From assembly GCA_001773955.1 (NCBI GenBank), contig MEYH01000022.1, positions 3,606 to 67,605 of the forward strand: 64,000 nt of DNA, given 5' to 3'. Source of the stretch: Candidatus Sediminicultor quintus. GTDB taxonomy: Bacteria > Atribacterota > Phoenicimicrobiia > Phoenicimicrobiales > Phoenicimicrobiaceae. The position numbers and the translations under genes were made by a program. Shown here piece after piece: positions 60,815 to 64,000 of this stretch. The stretch's first letter is position 1; each line of letters opens with the position of its first letter. The notes beneath the pieces were generated by a model that was not told where the DNA came from, did not search any database, and was given only the letters and a program-made list of their open reading frames with translations.

Positions 60815-61601
60815 TGTTTTATTGTTTTTTATTCGATTAACCAGCGTATCTTGCGTTAATATTGCTTTATGTCGCGCTCTGGCAACCTGTTCCCCAATAC
60901 AAAGATTTTGGTATTCCTTGTCAAATTTCTCGCGAAATTCTTTATTTTCCATATCACTTTTTATCTTCCTGCTTTAATTTTTTTCATCGCCTTGCTCACT
61001 GTAGTATATTCACATCAATATATTCTGCTATCTATTTTGTCATATTGCAAGACCCTATATAATTGCTTATATCTGGGGAAAATGTGTAAAACCTGTGGGA
61101 AAATACCTTCTTGAAAGCCTTATATAATAAGGGTTTCAAGAGAATATCGCGAGGATTGCTTGTACGAGCAAATTTTGCCTTAACTGATACTTTACCCCTC
61201 AAAAATAGTACTTTTTTAGCTAAAATTCCATCATCTCAAAATCTGAAAGTGGTTATTTATAAGGGTTTAAGGATTTCGGGGAGGCAAAAATAGGCCAAAA
61301 ACGGGGGTCGTAATTGCTGATTTTTCGAAATTTGAAGCGCGTTTAAAGGCACTCTACGTGCGTTTTTAGGGCATTCCTGAAGGGGGTCTTAAACCATTAC
61401 AGATAAAGGGTTTTAAAGATAGTAAATAGAAACATAGAATCATTGTCCCCTTTTCCTCTTGTGGACTTTAGCACCATGCGCCTTACGAAAATTTAGAAAA
61501 AGTTATGAATTATTGATCTATGATTTCTATCCTCGTGATAAACCATTGAGACAGCTCTATATCTTAAACACGCAAACTATTCTTACGAGATATTAAACTG
61601 C

Positions 61602-62030
61602 TCATTGTATTACTTTTTCCTTAACACTAATTACAAATTCCGGAGAAAGTGTAGCTATAAGTTCTTTTTTTTGATTATAAAAATCTAAGAAAAATGTAAT
61701 ATTTCCCGAGTTTTCAAATTTAAAAGCACTATGGACAAATGCAATATTTATTTTTTTTGAAGTTTTAATTTTCGGTAGAGTTAAAATTCTATCAAGCAAC
61801 ACTGTTTCTTTTTCATTGTATTTCATCCTTATCTTAAATCTAGACACTTCCTCATTGTCTTCGGTTTTTACTTTTGCATATATCCCAATTCTTAATAATT
61901 TTGGCCAGATATTTTGACTATCCGAAGTAACTTGGAACTCAATGGAATCATCATAAATGCCCATCAGAGAATGTTTGTTTCCTAATTCGTTTCTAATATC
62001 ATCACAAATAATAAAATTCAATAATTTCAT
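61602..62030 (-). CDS. Hypothetical 142-aa protein, downstream partner of the MqsA-like gene
   Basis: ORF 13 bp downstream of 62043-62648 on the same strand; no recognisable motifs. Confidence 0.4.
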   Translation of the reverse strand: MKLLNFIICDDIRNELGNKHSLMGIYDDSIEFQVTSDSQNIWPKLLRIGIYAKVKTEDNEEVSRFKIRMKYNEKETVLLDRILTLPKIKTSKKINIAFVHSAFKFENSGNITFFLDFYNQKKELIATLSPEFVISVKEKVIQ

Positions 62031-62042
62031 TTCTAATCTCCT

Positions 62043-62648
62043 CTATTCTGTGTTTGTTATAAGCGTGACTTCATTATATATTTTTTCTTGGTTATCCATA
62101 TCCTTTTTCTCATAATACCTATAAAAAAGCGCGGATCCGGATGTTGCTACTATACCACCAGCCTCAATGAAATCTTCCTTAAGAAAATCTATTTCAGGCA
62201 ACAATTTTTGTATTGCCGCATTTATATGAATTTTTTGAGCTTCATTGTAATCATATTTATTTTCCGCTACTTCTAACAACCATGGAAACAGTTTAATAAG
62301 CCTCACTAAAGCAACGCCTGAAGAAGAAGGAGCAGTTGTTCTGTTTTTCCATTTAGTAAGTGTTCGTTGAGGTATTTCTAATGCTCGTTCAATTGATGAC
62401 ATACTCATTTTACTATCAACAAAATCATTTAGGATACTCTCAATACTTTTTTGTTTTAATTTTTTAATCGTTTCATCTATTAAAGTTTCATTCTGATTAA
62501 AAAAATCTCCTCGAGATCCACATGTAGAACATATATTTTCATGTATCTCAATATTATCTTGACCTCCAAAAGGTTCCTTTATTAAAATACTTTTTTTCTC
62601 GTCTATAATATCTACAGAGCCGCATGCCGGACATCTCTGTTTATTCAT
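62043..62648 (-). CDS. MqsA-like protein: N-terminal zinc ribbon, XRE-type HTH and a C-terminal extension of about 70 aa
   Basis: CPACGS…CSTCGS zinc-ribbon pairs, then an HTH segment …SIERALEIPQRTLTKWKNRTTAPSSSGVALVRLIKLFPWLL resembling the MqsA HTH region. Confidence 0.6.
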   Translation of the reverse strand: MNKQRCPACGSVDIIDEKKSILIKEPFGGQDNIEIHENICSTCGSRGDFFNQNETLIDETIKKLKQKSIESILNDFVDSKMSMSSIERALEIPQRTLTKWKNRTTAPSSSGVALVRLIKLFPWLLEVAENKYDYNEAQKIHINAAIQKLLPEIDFLKEDFIEAGGIVATSGSALFYRYYEKKDMDNQEKIYNEVTLITNTE

Positions 62649-62769
62649 GTTCTTCCTCCAACTTATTAATTAGACCTACTTTATCCATGGCAAGATATAT
62701 TGCCATATTTCTATTACTCGATAAATGAAAAGATTTAATAAGCCATTTATTGGTTTCATCATTATGCAT
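62641..62769 (-). CDS. Small 42-aa ORF translationally coupled to the MqsA-like gene
   Basis: MHNDETNKWLIKSFHLSSNRNMAIYLAMDKVGLINKLEEEHE; its stop overlaps the downstream ATG (ATGAATAAA). Confidence 0.25.
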   Translation of the reverse strand: MHNDETNKWLIKSFHLSSNRNMAIYLAMDKVGLINKLEEEHE

Positions 62770-62952
62770 AAATGCTATATACCCCTGCTATTTTAAAATC
62801 CGTATATCTATAATACGACATTTCTACCTCAATATCAGGTATTTTACACTTTAAGACACTCCTCAGATTTTATAGGTTGTTCGCTAAAAGTTACCGAATT
62901 ATTGACCTGATACACCGTCCATATTCATCTAAATTAAAAGCATATAAACTTT

Positions 62953-63736
62953 CTATATCTCAGTTATTTCTTCATACAGTTCTGGTAAGCAATTTTGACG
63001 TAATCTAAACTTAGTTCCGTGATTATGTCCTGTCCTCGCATCAAAATCCACTAAAGCTTTGTTCTCTTCTAAGGCTTTGATAAATATGTCTATACTAAAT
63101 TTTTGTAACATTAAAATTTTATTATAATGAAAATACTCTTTACCATCTTTTTTCTTGACTTGAGCTTGAACATAAAAACAATTAATCAGCTTTGTGCCTG
63201 CTTTGTGAAATAGATCATCAAAACCCCAATAAGGCTGCGGATTTATTTCATCTAAACCAATTCTTTTATTTACTGATGCAACCCAATCTGAATGATATTC
63301 TGCAACGGTATTTGAGTTAAAAGAAACTAACATTTTTCTTTCACTCCTATTAATAACTATTTTAAAACCTCTGTCACTTCTATTCTTACCACCAATAGTT
63401 TGTCGAAAACTCATTTCATTTTTAGGATAACGAGTCTCAGCTTCTTTATGAGGACAGCCATATTTTGAGTAAAAATATTCGGGGTACAAATTTTAAGGCT
63501 CTTGGGGAAGGTTCCATATGAAATAAAGTTGTTGAAGATGAAGTATTTGCTCTTTGAGTTTTTAATTTCCATTCAGCAGCATTTGGAATTGGTAAATTAT
63601 TTTCTTTAATCCCAAGTAAATCTTCTAAAGTATTTCCAATGCCTCCTACGTTTCCTGGTCTTGTATTTTTTATCCAACCCATCTCTTTTATTTTTCTTAA
63701 TTCTAGAATTAATTGATCCTTAGTAAATATTTCCAT
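62953..63736 (-). pseudogene. Frameshifted MutH/Sau3AI-family (MvaI/BcnI-like) type II restriction endonuclease gene
   Basis: Two overlapping ORFs in different frames (63446-63736 and 62953-63489). The N-terminal part carries the MutH-like motif GNVGGIGNTLEDLLGIKENN…AEWKLK. Confidence 0.5.
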
Positions 63737-64000
63737 GTCGTTTTCCCTCTATTTTTATAATTGTTTTTAAAAAATATAAAATTTCTATTTGTCCATTTTC
63801 TGCATTATTATTAGATGTTTAAATCCTCTAAGAAAAAAATTATATCTTTTTGCTCTCTCGTGCCAAATACTTGTATTTGAGGATTGATTGTGTCTTGTAA
63901 CACATATAAGATCAACAGGCGTGAAATATTTTTCAAGGATAGAATATATTTTAAACCCCACTGGTGTAAATTTTTTCTTTTTTGCTTGGTCTCCAATTAA

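Noticed and set aside
60862-61293. Track ORFs 60862-61062+, 60869-61114+ and 61111-61293+ in the 0.8-kb gap after mazF
   Set aside because: They are overlapping alternative-frame ORFs with hydrophobic low-complexity translations and no RBS. The only protein-like signal there is the short truncated XRE-HTH on the opposite strand.
63811-63996. 61-aa minus-strand ORF at the window edge
   Set aside because: It is too close to the window end to judge whether it is complete, and it has no recognisable motif. It is left unannotated.

Overview
This is an AT-rich bacterial chromosomal segment of about 35% GC, likely a low-GC anaerobe. It is densely coding and mostly housekeeping.

Left end (1-2000): a NikR-regulated nickel uptake locus with CbiM/NikM (truncated at the window edge), a DUF4198 component and nikR.

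2.1-20.8 kb: a run of core and accessory genes. These are ddl, a ThiF-like E1, rarA, a GNAT, a tandem double-nitrilase fusion, a DAG-kinase-like lipid kinase, a PAS/GAF/GGDEF sensor, an aldolase, EamA and MATE transporters, an Fe-S protein, a PanE-like reductase, PlsC and a secreted alpha/beta hydrolase.

21-28.8 kb: a metal/metalloid-redox block abutting tRNA-Pro(CGG). It is headed by two paralogous ArsR regulators. Genes include a split permease, a DUF318 permease with a Trx-like partner, a DGC-domain protein, a CDF transporter, a TlpA-like thioredoxin, CcdA and an ACR3 arsenite pump.

29-46 kb (minus strand): bioY-birA with a recognisable BirA operator, two deoxynucleoside kinases, a lipoate ligase, the DUF1015-serA-serC trio, and a complete hisZ-hisG-hisD-(HAD)-hisB-hisH-hisA-hisF-hisIE operon that lacks hisC.

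46-54 kb: a MITE-like element with 22-bp perfect terminal inverted repeats. It is followed by a GntR-controlled TRAP transporter / NagA / NagB / SIS / cupin sugar locus. A solo copy of the same repeat supplies the stop codon of an Fe-S gene.

Right end (55-64 kb), which looks accessory:
- A roughly 0.8 kb ORF-free, GC-elevated, hairpin-dense region. It is a candidate large structured ncRNA of unknown class.
- A paralogous fragment of the hisD 5' end.
- A 1226-aa SWIM/SNF2 helicase carrying an in-frame GC-rich 17-bp-stem palindromic insertion.
- mazEF.
- A three-gene operon built around an MqsA-like Zn-ribbon/HTH protein with an uncharacterised 142-aa partner.
- A frameshifted MutH/Sau3AI-family endonuclease gene.

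No CRISPR array, rRNA, transposase or integrase was seen.
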